Of a DNA stretch of 64,000 bases, positions 1 through 9,112 are shown piece by piece (positions within the stretch are counted from its first letter, which is position 1; each line of letters opens with the position of its first letter). The notes beneath the pieces were generated by a model that had not been told where the DNA came from, ran no database searches, and worked only from the letters and a program-made list of their open reading frames with translations. Source of the DNA: Candidatus Dormiibacterota bacterium (lineage in GTDB: Bacteria; Chloroflexota; Dormibacteria; Aeolococcales; Aeolococcaceae); contig OY970355.1 in NCBI GenBank assembly GCA_963718525.1, positions 3,168,001 to 3,232,000 of the forward strand, in the 5' to 3' direction. The position numbers were made by a program, and so were the translations under genes.

Positions 1-636
1 GCCGACACCACCGGGATAGAGCGTCGATGGGTGGACGTGACGTCCCTCCATCAAGCAGAACATCTCGCGGGTGTACCGGCTGACATGCAGAGTCTCCCGG
101 TAGAACTCCCCGGTGAAGGGATTCAGCGCGCGCATGATCTCGGCGATCGTCCGGTACCCGTGGTCCGCCGCGTGTGGTGCGGGGGTGTTCTCAGCACGCG
201 CGAGGACTGACGGGTTGGTCTCCTTCACCATCTGCTCGCAGAAGTCGACCATCAGCAGGTTGTCCTGGAAGATGTTGTGGTCGAACATGTACTCCGCGGC
301 CTCGCCGAGGTTGACGATCCACTCCGCCATCGCCGGCGGCCGGATGCCGAATGCCATGTTCTGCGCGTACGTCGCGCAGGTCGCGTGGTTGTCGCCGCAG
401 ATCCCGCAGATCCGGCTCGTGATGAAGTGCGCGTCGCGCGGATCCTTGCCCTTCATGAAGATGCTGTAGCCGCGGAAGATCGACGACGTGCTCCTGCAGT
501 CGGCGACGACGCGGTTGGCAAAGTCGATCTTCGTGAAGATACCGAGGCTGCCGACGATCCTGGTGATCGGGTCCCAGGACACGTCGACAAGGACCGGATC
601 CTTGGTCCGGGTTGGGTCCTTCTCAACGACTGTCAT
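1..636 (-). CDS. hhyL: Group 1h [NiFe]-hydrogenase large subunit, 5' part (runs off the window)
   Basis: Not in the ORF track; translated by hand from ATG at 636 (AGGAG RBS at 646-650): MTVVEKDPTRTKDPVLVDVSWDPITRIVGSLG...DPRDAHFITSRICGICGDNH...EGRHVHPSTLYPGG. The L1 Ni-binding motif is of the group 1h type. Confidence 0.95.
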   Translation of the reverse strand, partial: MTVVEKDPTRTKDPVLVDVSWDPITRIVGSLGIFTKIDFANRVVADCRSTSSIFRGYSIFMKGKDPRDAHFITSRICGICGDNHATCATYAQNMAFGIRPPAMAEWIVNLGEAAEYMFDHNIFQDNLLMVDFCEQMVKETNPSVLARAENTPAPHAADHGYRTIAEIMRALNPFTGEFYRETLHVSRYTREMFCLMEGRHVHPSTLYPGGVG

Positions 637-649
637 TGCTCAGTTCTCC

Positions 650-1714
650 TCAGTACGTGGTCGGCCTGTAGCCGGTGGTGAGCTCGGGCCGCGTGTGCCG
701 CCATCTGGGCTCTTTGTTGACAGTCGTGTTGGTGACCTTGCGCAATGCGCGGATTGCGGTGCCGTAGACACCGATGACACCTGTCGAGAGGTGCGCCCCC
801 GGCGGCTCGTCCATGAACGGCATGAACTTGTCCGGGAAACCGGGCATGGTGCAGCCGATGCAGATGCCGCCCACGTTCGGGCAACCACCGATGCCGGCCA
901 TCCAGCCGCGTTTGGGGACGTTGCAGTTGACGACAGGCCCCCAGCAGCCGAGCTTGACCAGGCATCGCGGCGAGTTGTAGTCGGCGGCGAAATCGCCCTG
1001 CTCGTATGACGCGGCACGGTCGCAGCCGTCGTGGACGGTGTCCCCGAAGAGCCATTTGGGGCGCAGTTGATCGTCGAGCGGGATGATCGGTGCGAGGCCG
1101 GCAACCATGTACAGCAGGTAGAGCACCGTCTCCATGAAGTTGTCCGGTTGCACCGGGCACCCAGGGACGTTGACGATGGGCAAACCAGCCTTCGACTTCC
1201 AGTCCCAGCCGAGGTAGTCGGCCAGGCCCATGGCGCCGGTGGGATTGCCCTGCATGGCGTGAATCCCGCCGTACGTGGCGCAGGTTCCGCAGGCGACAAC
1301 GGCGAGGGCTCTGGGGGCGAGGCGATCGATCCACTCGCAGGTCGTGATCGGCTGACCCGTCGCCGCGTCGGTGCCGACCGCGGCCCAGTACCCCTCTTTC
1401 TTGATGGTCTCGTTGGGAATCGACCCCTCGATCACCAGCACGAACGGGTCAAGGTCACCGTTGGCGGCGGCGTGCCACGACTTGATGAACTCCTCCCCGT
1501 TTTCGTACGCGAGCACGGGGTTGTAGAGGTGGACCTTGGGCAGGCCTGGAATGGCTCCGAGGAGCACGTCCTCGATGCTTGGTTGGGTCGCTGCAGTGAT
1601 CGATACCGAGTCACCGTCGCACCCGAGTCCCGCGGTGATCCACACGATGTGGAGATCAGAGACCGGCGAGTCCCTCTGGGTCTTGCGCCCATACGGAACG
1701 GTATCCGTGGCCAT
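650..1714 (-). CDS. hhyS: Group 1h [NiFe]-hydrogenase small subunit
   Basis: WITAGLGCDGDS (Cys/Asp proximal ligands), CGTCATYGG, VPGCP, HDGCDR, CLVKLGCWGP, GGCPNVGGICIGC; no Tat signal; GGAGG RBS; directly upstream of the large subunit. Confidence 0.96.
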   Translation of the reverse strand: MATDTVPYGRKTQRDSPVSDLHIVWITAGLGCDGDSVSITAATQPSIEDVLLGAIPGLPKVHLYNPVLAYENGEEFIKSWHAAANGDLDPFVLVIEGSIPNETIKKEGYWAAVGTDAATGQPITTCEWIDRLAPRALAVVACGTCATYGGIHAMQGNPTGAMGLADYLGWDWKSKAGLPIVNVPGCPVQPDNFMETVLYLLYMVAGLAPIIPLDDQLRPKWLFGDTVHDGCDRAASYEQGDFAADYNSPRCLVKLGCWGPVVNCNVPKRGWMAGIGGCPNVGGICIGCTMPGFPDKFMPFMDEPPGAHLSTGVIGVYGTAIRALRKVTNTTVNKEPRWRHTRPELTTGYRPTTY

Positions 1715-1834
1715 CCAACCTCCTCCTTAGTGAGCGATTGGCAGCGACTGATGCTGGGGGATGCATCGCGCGACATCCGCCGGTCATCGACTGTGGCCAC
1801 CTGAACACGGCCCGTCAATCCGTGTCTTGCGCAC

Positions 1835-2296
1835 CTATCCGCGTTGCGCGGGTATTGACAGGTGGCTTGCGCTGTTCGGTGCGTTCAAGGAACGCAAGCT
1901 CGGTCGGTGCTGTGGCTCATGGTCGGCGACATCCCGGACCTCGCCGACCTTGCGCATGTCGAGGAACTCCTGGGCGACCGCTCGAAGTCGCTCGACCGGC
2001 GCGACGTATGCGTCGATCATGTCGAGGCCCGGTTCGCTCAACTCGTATCGGCGGCGGCTCCTGCCGCCCGCGGTGCGTTCCCAGGTGGAGTGGAGCAGGC
2101 CATCCGCCTCCATCGTGTTGAGTGACCGGTACACGGTGCCCAGGTCGCATTCCACGCCGATCCCGAGGAGCCAATGGTGCAGCTCGTATCCGTAGACGGT
2201 CTGACCGCCAACGAGGTGGGCGAGGATGCACGGACGCAACAACCCGACCGTCAATGCGGCCGGGCGATCGGGCCGGGGGTCCCCGCTCACGTCCAC
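1835..2296 (-). CDS. PadR family transcriptional regulator
   Basis: LRPCILAHL...YGYEL...GTVYRSLNTMEADGLLHSTW...GRSRRRYELSEPG winged-helix signature. Confidence 0.88.
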   Translation of the reverse strand: MDVSGDPRPDRPAALTVGLLRPCILAHLVGGQTVYGYELHHWLLGIGVECDLGTVYRSLNTMEADGLLHSTWERTAGGRSRRRYELSEPGLDMIDAYVAPVERLRAVAQEFLDMRKVGEVRDVADHEPQHRPSLRSLNAPNSASHLSIPAQRG

Positions 2297-2361
2297 ACCT
2301 CTAGCTGACCACCTGCTTCGACTTTACGAGTCGCGTACCCGATTTTCCCCAGGGTGTGACC

Positions 2362-5196
2362 CTAGTCTTTTGCGGCAAGGGCACCCTTGGCAGCGCTCGA
2401 TACCGTCCGTGGCTGCCGGCCCGTATCGATCGGTCCGAAGATCGGCACAAGCTCCTGGCGGGAGCGGATCCTCAGTTTTCCATAGACGTTGGCGAGGTGA
2501 TATTCGACCGTCTTGATGCTCACCACCAGCTCGTCCGCCACCTGGCGATTGGTCCGACCCGTGGCCACGAGGCGGGCCACGGATACCTCGTGGGGTGTCA
2601 GGCGCCAGCGAGCGCGTCCGCCTTCGGTGATCGGAGCCATGCCGCAACGGACGAGCGCCGCGGTGGACTCCGTGAGAAACGGCCGCGCATCGAGATCGGC
2701 GAAGCGCTCGCGTGCGGCCTCGAGCTGCCACACGGCCGCTCGGGTGAATCCCTCGCGCATCAGGAAGCGGCCGTATTCGAGTTCGGTCAGGGCCCGCTCG
2801 AACGGCAGATGGATGGCGTCAAGGATCGCGAGGCTGGAAACGAAGGCGACCTCGGCATCATCGGCGCGTCCAACCGCCGCGTCGAGCATGGCTCGAAGTC
2901 GTTCAGCGCCGGCGGTGGACTGGGCGCGGTTGCGCTCGCGAGCCAACCGGGAAAATCGTGAGACGACCGTCTCGGCATCCCGGAGGCGGTTGAGACCGAC
3001 CAGCGCCTCAGCGTAGAGGATGGGCCAGTCCAGGATCCCAGGCTCTCCGATGCCGCCGAGGTCCGCATGCGGCAGCAGCGGCTCCAGCGCGTGGATGACC
3101 AACTCATGATCACCGCGAGCTCGGGCGATGAGCGCCCCGGCCATTGCTGCCTGCGCAATCCCGGCGAACTCGGCGCCGACGAGGTCGGCCGCTCGACGGG
3201 CGGCATCCGCGTGCGCCTGAGCCGCCTCCCAGTCGCCGCGCGCGGCAAGCGGCGCGCAGGCGGCGCTGTGAGCTCCGGCGAGCAACCAGGTCTGATCGGC
3301 ATCCTCGGCGAGCGACGCCGCAAGCTGTCCGTGGACGGATGCGTCGTCCCAGGCGCCCACGCGGTACTCCGCGGTCGCAAGCATCGTGAGCGCCTCGATC
3401 GCCTGGTGTGCCGGACCGCGCCGCCTGAGCAGCTCGGCCACCGGCGCGAGGTCGTCGCGAGCCGCGGCCGGGTCGTCGGTGACACAGCGGACGTACCCAC
3501 GGCCGATGAAGCCGTCGAGCGACGCGTCGTCGCCGAGGAGGTGAGCGGCCGGGAGCTCGGCCACCGCGGCAGCGGCCTCGGAGGCACGCCCCGCAAAGAG
3601 CAGGCCGATCGCGAGCACTGACAGCGAGTCGGCGACCGGCGACGTGACGCGGTTGGCGTCGAGCGCTCTGGTCGCCCACAGCGCCGCGTCCGCGCCCTGC
3701 CCGCGTCCCATGTGCACTCGGGCGAGCTGCGCGGCGATCTCTTCAGCCAGCGGGTGATCGCGTGCACGATCGCATGCGGCGTACGCTCCGGCGAGCAACT
3801 CCTGGGCCTTGTCGTAGCGGCCGCCGGTCATCGCGAGGCTACCGAGCACGAAGCCCCTGCGCGCAGACGGTGGCTGCGCCTCGATCTCTCCGGCAAGCGC
3901 CAGCACATCGTCGACAGCCCCGCCGAGGAGCATGTACTCCACCGCCATGAGCGTTCGCTGGTCACGCTCCGGGCCGTCAGCCGTGAGGCGGCTCGCCGAC
4001 AGGAGCGCATCGGCCGCCGCGTCCCAGGCCCCGCGCCGTGCGACCTGAATTCCGAAGATGATCAGATCCGCGGCGAGCTGGGGGTCCACCCCGCGAGCGG
4101 CGGCCACCCGATGGCGAAGCGCAGAGGCCTCGTCGTTCACCAGCGTCGCGGCCCTTTCGTGGAGCTGCGCGCGGTGTGCCGGCCCGAGCGAGTGGTACGC
4201 CGCTGCTTGTACGAGCGGGTGGGGGAACGCAATGAGGCGGTCGGCCGGCGCCCCACGCTCCTCGAGGAGATGGGCGGACATGGCCCGCTCGAGTGGAACC
4301 AGCATCTCCCCGAGCTCGGCGAGCCGCCCCGCGATCGCAAGCCTGGAGTACAGGCCGAGCACCGAAGCAGCGCCAACCAGGCGTCGCGCCTCCGGGCTGC
4401 ACCCCTCGAGGCGGGACTGCACGAGTGCCTCGAAGTCAGCTGTCGATGGCAACGGCAGGTCCGACGGCTCGCGCAGGATCGAGGGCATGATCTCGTCAAA
4501 GATCGCGGTCGCATGCAGCGGGCTGCCACCGGTGTGGGATCGAATCCGATCCGCCGCCCGGGTCGAGAGGTGATCGACTCCCATCGATACGCCGAGGTCT
4601 CGGATCGAAGACACATCAAGACCGCGTACGCGGACCCATGCTCCGTGGCCATGCTCGACAAGGCGGTGGAACCCGGCGAGATGGCCTCTCGGTGACCCGC
4701 TCCGCGACACCATCAGGGTGAGCACGCGGTCCGCCTGCAGCCGCCGGAGGGCGAACACGAGCGCCTGGAGCGATGGGCGATCCGCCCACTGAGCGTCATC
4801 GATGAGCAGCAGCACGGGACCGGTTGTCTGCATCGTTCCGATGAGCTCGAGCAGGGCGGCGCCGACCCAGATCGGATCTCGAGCCTCGCCGTCCCGGGTG
4901 CCGAGATCGGAGAGCGCCGGTACACCCGTGGCAGGCGCGGCGCGCACGAGCTGTTCGATCACGCCGAAGGTGAGCAGCTGCTCTGCCTCCTCTCCGCTCG
5001 CTTCCCAGAGCTGGAACCCCTGCGCATGGCTCACGAAGTGATGTGCCAGCGCGGTCTTGCCGATCCCGGGCTCGCCGGTGAGGAGCGCGACACGTGGGTG
5101 CCCGAGGCGCACCTCGGCGGCCTGGGCGACCAGCCTGGCGAGCTCGTTCCGTCTCCCGACGAACACTACCTCGTTCCGACCGCCGTCGCCGCTCAC
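2362..5196 (-). CDS. Large ATP-binding LuxR family (LAL/STAND) regulator
   Basis: FVGRRNEL, Walker A GEPGIGKT, Walker B LLLIDDAQWAD, C-terminal LuxR HTH (LTPHE...GRTNRQVADELVVSIKTVEYHLANVYGKL). Start (GTG 5196) is estimated; the longer ORF overlaps mal. Confidence 0.9.
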   Translation of the reverse strand: MSGDGGRNEVVFVGRRNELARLVAQAAEVRLGHPRVALLTGEPGIGKTALAHHFVSHAQGFQLWEASGEEAEQLLTFGVIEQLVRAAPATGVPALSDLGTRDGEARDPIWVGAALLELIGTMQTTGPVLLLIDDAQWADRPSLQALVFALRRLQADRVLTLMVSRSGSPRGHLAGFHRLVEHGHGAWVRVRGLDVSSIRDLGVSMGVDHLSTRAADRIRSHTGGSPLHATAIFDEIMPSILREPSDLPLPSTADFEALVQSRLEGCSPEARRLVGAASVLGLYSRLAIAGRLAELGEMLVPLERAMSAHLLEERGAPADRLIAFPHPLVQAAAYHSLGPAHRAQLHERAATLVNDEASALRHRVAAARGVDPQLAADLIIFGIQVARRGAWDAAADALLSASRLTADGPERDQRTLMAVEYMLLGGAVDDVLALAGEIEAQPPSARRGFVLGSLAMTGGRYDKAQELLAGAYAACDRARDHPLAEEIAAQLARVHMGRGQGADAALWATRALDANRVTSPVADSLSVLAIGLLFAGRASEAAAAVAELPAAHLLGDDASLDGFIGRGYVRCVTDDPAAARDDLAPVAELLRRRGPAHQAIEALTMLATAEYRVGAWDDASVHGQLAASLAEDADQTWLLAGAHSAACAPLAARGDWEAAQAHADAARRAADLVGAEFAGIAQAAMAGALIARARGDHELVIHALEPLLPHADLGGIGEPGILDWPILYAEALVGLNRLRDAETVVSRFSRLARERNRAQSTAGAERLRAMLDAAVGRADDAEVAFVSSLAILDAIHLPFERALTELEYGRFLMREGFTRAAVWQLEAARERFADLDARPFLTESTAALVRCGMAPITEGGRARWRLTPHEVSVARLVATGRTNRQVADELVVSIKTVEYHLANVYGKLRIRSRQELVPIFGPIDTGRQPRTVSSAAKGALAAKD

Positions 5197-5207
5197 GGCG
5201 ACAGATG

Positions 5208-6536
5208 CTACATCCGAACCACTCCGGGTTTTTGGGCCGTGCCATCGCGGCCGGCCACGAGTGCAGCAACACGCGCCATCTCGTTTCCCACGATCATCAT
5301 TCCCTCGTCGACACCCATCCCCGGCTTGGCCAGGACCTGCGCCGCGCCGCACGCCATTGCGATATGCGCCGAGACCTGCGCGGAGCGATCGGTCTCGTTG
5401 CAGGTGCCGCCGCAATAGGCGGACAGGCCGTGGCCTGCAACGAGCAGGAGTGCCTGGATGGCGTTGTTGATACCACCGAGGTCCGGCGTCTTCACATGGA
5501 TCATGTCAGCTGCTCCCGCGCTGACGAACAACTCGATGTCCTCGAGCGTGTTGCACCACTCGTCCACCGCAATCTGCACGCCACTGCCACCGTTCCGGAG
5601 CACGCGTCGCAGCGCCGCGGAGACGCGAATCTGGTCGGCACGGTTGCCTGCGTCGATCACGTGTTCGACGCAGAGCGCGAACGGCTCGGCGGCCGTGCCG
5701 AGCCGCGCGAGGTAGGCGGCGACACGCTCGACATCGCCCTCAAACACAAGCCCGATGGTTCCGTAGACGTCGAAATGGAGACGTGGCGTGTAATCGGGGC
5801 GGCGCCGCAGCGCGATGATGCGATCCCGAACCCATGCCACGTACGCGAGCAGCAATTCACCCTCGCCGCCGAGTTTGGTCTCGACGTCGTTGATGAGCCC
5901 GTGCGGGAGAACGTCGGCCTCTTTGAGCACCATCTTGTCCACATTGGTATAGCGGTCATCTCCCGACTGGACGAACATCGGGACCGGCCGGATCGCAATC
6001 CCGGTGTCGTACTCGTCGCGCACGACTTCGGCCATGGTCAACCCCCGCATCTGGGCGACGGCATCGAGCAGCGCCTGGGTGACGCCGTACCTGATCGCGA
6101 CATGGAGTGGTTCCCCATCCACGACGAGCGCATCCAACTCCTGCGCTGGATCGCGGAAATTCCTGATGTTCCGGCCGCGCAGCAATGGTGCGATGTGATT
6201 CGCTATCGCATCCGCAGCGCGACCCGCCGAGAAGATGGGCGCACGTCCGCCAACACCTGAATATTGCACGGCCGCGCAGTCGCCGTGAGCAACCCGTCCG
6301 TCCTCCATGAGCAGCAGGACTGACACCGCTTCACCCGGTTGACGGATGGCATCAAAGCCCGTGGTCAGCGGCCTCCCGATATAGGTGAAGCCGTCGTGCG
6401 CGGCCCCGTCGCGAATCGCGGCCTGATCATCGGAGAAGAAACCGGTCCGCACCGGGACCGACAGCACATCGGCGATGACCATCGGCGCTCCGGAGCGATC
6501 CGGCGCCGTCGCCGCCAGGGGTTCAGCCTCCTGCAT
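5208..6536 (-). CDS. mal: Methylaspartate ammonia-lyase
   Basis: TGFFSDDQAAI, GDCAAVQYSGVGGR, QSGDDRY, VLPHGLIN, HFDVYG, DEWCNT, KTPDLGG, YCGGTCNETD, LAKPGMGVDEG. Alternative start at 6482. Confidence 0.93.
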   Translation of the reverse strand: MQEAEPLAATAPDRSGAPMVIADVLSVPVRTGFFSDDQAAIRDGAAHDGFTYIGRPLTTGFDAIRQPGEAVSVLLLMEDGRVAHGDCAAVQYSGVGGRAPIFSAGRAADAIANHIAPLLRGRNIRNFRDPAQELDALVVDGEPLHVAIRYGVTQALLDAVAQMRGLTMAEVVRDEYDTGIAIRPVPMFVQSGDDRYTNVDKMVLKEADVLPHGLINDVETKLGGEGELLLAYVAWVRDRIIALRRRPDYTPRLHFDVYGTIGLVFEGDVERVAAYLARLGTAAEPFALCVEHVIDAGNRADQIRVSAALRRVLRNGGSGVQIAVDEWCNTLEDIELFVSAGAADMIHVKTPDLGGINNAIQALLLVAGHGLSAYCGGTCNETDRSAQVSAHIAMACGAAQVLAKPGMGVDEGMMIVGNEMARVAALVAGRDGTAQKPGVVRM

Positions 6537-7215
6537 CGCCCGGTCGACCCTCCGCCCACACCTCGGCGATCTCTCCGGCGCTCGCCATGTCGAAACGGTG
6601 GCGCATCAGCAGCAACGATGCGTCGTGCTGTGCCCTGTCGTCGCTCGCCACGCAATCGACGGCGATCACGACGTACAGGTCGTTGAAGAGCGCGTCGCGC
6701 GCGGTGGACTCGACGCATCCCTCGGTGGTGCACCCACCGATCACCACTGTCTTGATCCCATTGCTGCGCAGCAACAGTTCGAGGTTGGTACCCCAGAACG
6801 CGCTGGACCGGTATTTGCGCACCACCAGCTCGTCGGCGAGCGGCGCCACCTCGTTGACGAATTCGTGACCCGGTGTTCCCAGGACCGAATATCGCAGCGG
6901 CGTCCCGTCATGGTGGTTGGTCGCGTGCATGCGCAGGTTGAAGCGAATCTGCGCCGGGGAGTCGCTCATCCGATCGGGCAGGGTCGTGTTCTGCACATGG
7001 ACCACCAGCACTGAAGCACGGCGTGCATCGACAAGCAGTCGCGCGAGCGCCGGCAGCGATTGAGCGTACATCGACAGGTCGACGCCCAGCGCCGCGAACG
7101 CGCCGTCAGCGCCGACAAAGTCGCGCTGCATGTCGATGAGCAGCAGCGCCGTGTGTTCGGGGTCGACGAGCTCGCTGAGCTCCGTGAAAACCTGCTTCCC
7201 TTCGACGGTGATCAA
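6523..7215 (-). CDS. Isochorismatase-family cysteine hydrolase (amidase)
   Basis: ALLLIDMQRDF, RKYRSSAFWGT, GCTTEGCVESTARDA give the Asp-Lys-Cys triad. Confidence 0.9.
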   Translation of the reverse strand: MITVEGKQVFTELSELVDPEHTALLLIDMQRDFVGADGAFAALGVDLSMYAQSLPALARLLVDARRASVLVVHVQNTTLPDRMSDSPAQIRFNLRMHATNHHDGTPLRYSVLGTPGHEFVNEVAPLADELVVRKYRSSAFWGTNLELLLRSNGIKTVVIGGCTTEGCVESTARDALFNDLYVVIAVDCVASDDRAQHDASLLLMRHRFDMASAGEIAEVWAEGRPGDAGG

Positions 7216-7553
7216 CGCGTGCTTCCCGCCGGGCCGGTCGAGGCCGGCGCCGCGGGTCTGCGTCGGTACAGGACGTGGATCGACGCCACTCGTCGCTGAA
7301 CCCTCCGGTCAAGGTGGCCGGTGACGCCGTTCGACGCTGCCGGAATCGTGACCCCGACGTGTGTCGGCGTCTCGTCCCTGGCGACGACCATGTACCCGAT
7401 TGCCAGGAGGGCAGCCTCATCCTTGGCATACTCGGCGCGGTCGAAGTAATGGCGCTCGAGCGGCTCCGGGAATGTCTGTCGACGAACCATGCGACGCACG
7501 TCGCGGACGTTGATCCAGTCTCGGATCGAACCGACAACTCTGATCGCCGCCAT
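7212..7553 (-). CDS. Hypothetical protein
   Basis: GGAGG RBS before ATG at 7553; stop overlaps the start of the hydrolase gene; no recognised motif. Confidence 0.6.
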   Translation of the reverse strand: MAAIRVVGSIRDWINVRDVRRMVRRQTFPEPLERHYFDRAEYAKDEAALLAIGYMVVARDETPTHVGVTIPAASNGVTGHLDRRVQRRVASIHVLYRRRPAAPASTGPAGSTR

Positions 7554-7613
7554 GGGTTTCCTCCGCCTCCGAGTCCGTCGCCGCTGAGCATAGCGGGTGC
7601 TCCAGGCGACCAC

Positions 7614-8402
7614 CTATCCCGCGAACGGCCAGCGTGCGGCGCCGAGCTCGCGCGAGACGCCGCGCGCGGCCTCGACCACCGCGGCCGAGAGTCCGCGCGC
7701 CGGGCCGCGCGGATACACGCGATCCGTGTCTCCGACAACAGCGATGGCGCCCACCGCGTTGCCGAGGCGATCGAAGATCGGCGCCGCAATACTCGACTCA
7801 CCGAGCACGGCCTCGTCGCGTTCGGTGGCGATCGCCTGGAGCCGTATGGTGGACAGCTGAATGCGGAGGGCTGCCGCGGCTGGCGTGCGCTTGGTCAGAC
7901 GCTCGAGTGGCGCCGCCAGCATGTTGTCGATCATGTCGCCGGGGGCAAACGCAAGCAACGCCTTGCCCAGGGCGCTGGCATGCAACGGCAACTGCGACCC
8001 GACCTCGAGGATCTGAAGTGTCGCATCAGGGCGAAACACATGATGCACGACCACTGCGTTCGCGCCGTGCATGACCCCGACCCGCACCGCGAATTTGGTG
8101 CGCACCGAAAGCTGCGCCGCGAAGGTGATCGACCGCGAACGCAACTCGTTGACGTCGAGGTACGAGTAGCCCAGCTGGAGAAGCCCCGCGCCCAGCTGGT
8201 ATTTCTCCGACACGCGATCCTGCTCCACGAAACCCTGTGCAAGCAGTGTCTGCAGCAGCCCGTGCACCGTCGGACGCGCGAGCCCGAGCTTGTCAGCTAA
8301 CTCGCTGACACCCAACCTCCCAGGGCCACCGGCGAGCGCCTTGAGAATTGCAGCAGCGCGATCGACAGACTGGATCGTGGTCGGTCGCCGGTTATTCGGC
8401 AT
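7614..8402 (-). CDS. gylR: IclR family regulator, GylR-like (copy 1)
   Basis: IQSVDRAAAIL N-terminal [35 protein letters not shown]; sits beside glycerol/DHA genes. Confidence 0.85.
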   Translation of the reverse strand: MPNNRRPTTIQSVDRAAAILKALAGGPGRLGVSELADKLGLARPTVHGLLQTLLAQGFVEQDRVSEKYQLGAGLLQLGYSYLDVNELRSRSITFAAQLSVRTKFAVRVGVMHGANAVVVHHVFRPDATLQILEVGSQLPLHASALGKALLAFAPGDMIDNMLAAPLERLTKRTPAAAALRIQLSTIRLQAIATERDEAVLGESSIAAPIFDRLGNAVGAIAVVGDTDRVYPRGPARGLSAAVVEAARGVSRELGAARWPFAG

Positions 8403-8414
8403 TGCTGAATTATG
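8391..8414. promoter_or_regulatory. Putative GylR operator overlapping the leaderless gylR promoter and start codon
   Basis: GTTATTCGGCATTGCTGAAT (8391-8410), an imperfect palindrome nearly identical to the site at 12478. The -10 box CATAAT (minus strand, 8409-8414) lies 6 nt before the ATG. Confidence 0.55.
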
Positions 8415-8472
8415 GTCGAGGATGTAGACTAGTCGCTGGTTCGGCGCCGACCGCGTGACAGCGAGGGAAGTC

Positions 8473-8859
8473 GTGGCCGTCGGGATTGTACTGGTCTCAC
8501 ATAGCCCCCAGTTGGCTGCGGGGCTGACGCTTCTCGCCGGTCAGATGGCGGGGCCGGACGTGCATATCGAGCCCGCCGGCGGCGATCAGGATGGAGGTCT
8601 CGGCACTTCGGACACCCTGGTGCGCGCCGCCATCGAGCGTGCGGATCAGGGTGACGGCGTGCTGTTGCTGTGCGACCTCGGCAGTGCCATTCTCACCGTG
8701 CGCGAGGTGCTCGATGGCAACGGTAACGGCCACATCCGGCTCGTCGACGCTCCCTTCGTGGAGGGCGCCGTCGCGGCTGCGGTCATCGCGTCATCCGGCG
8801 CGGCGCTCGATGAGGTTGCGAGAGCCGCAGAGGAGGCACGCGATGCTCGCAAACTCTGA
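8473..8859 (+). CDS. dhaM: PTS-dependent dihydroxyacetone kinase phosphotransfer subunit (EIIA-type)
   Basis: VGIVLVSHS (phospho-His), AGG..GLGTS, LCDLGSA, DAPFVEGAVAAA. Confidence 0.9.
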   Translation: MAVGIVLVSHSPQLAAGLTLLAGQMAGPDVHIEPAGGDQDGGLGTSDTLVRAAIERADQGDGVLLLCDLGSAILTVREVLDGNGNGHIRLVDAPFVEGAVAAAVIASSGAALDEVARAAEEARDARKL

Positions 8860-9112
8860 GGCGACGATGACGCTGCCGGAAGGCGTGGCGCTGCATGCAC
8901 GTCCGGCCGCGCTGTTCGTGCGCACCGCCATGCGCTTCCGCTCGAAGATCATCGTGGCCGCCAACGGACGCGAAGCCGACGCAAAGAGCATCCTCAGCGT
9001 GCTCGGTCTCGGGGCGACCGCCGGCACCACGCTGCTCGTACGCGCGGACGGCGAAGATGCCGCAGCGGCGCTCGACGCGCTCGCCGAATCGCTAGCCGGC
9101 GTCGTCGAGTAG
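8843..9112 (+). CDS. ptsH: HPr phosphocarrier protein
   Basis: LHARPAALFV (His15), ADAKSILSVLGLG; AGGAGG RBS at 8831 before ATG 8843. Confidence 0.92.
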   Translation: MLANSEATMTLPEGVALHARPAALFVRTAMRFRSKIIVAANGREADAKSILSVLGLGATAGTTLLVRADGEDAAAALDALAESLAGVVE

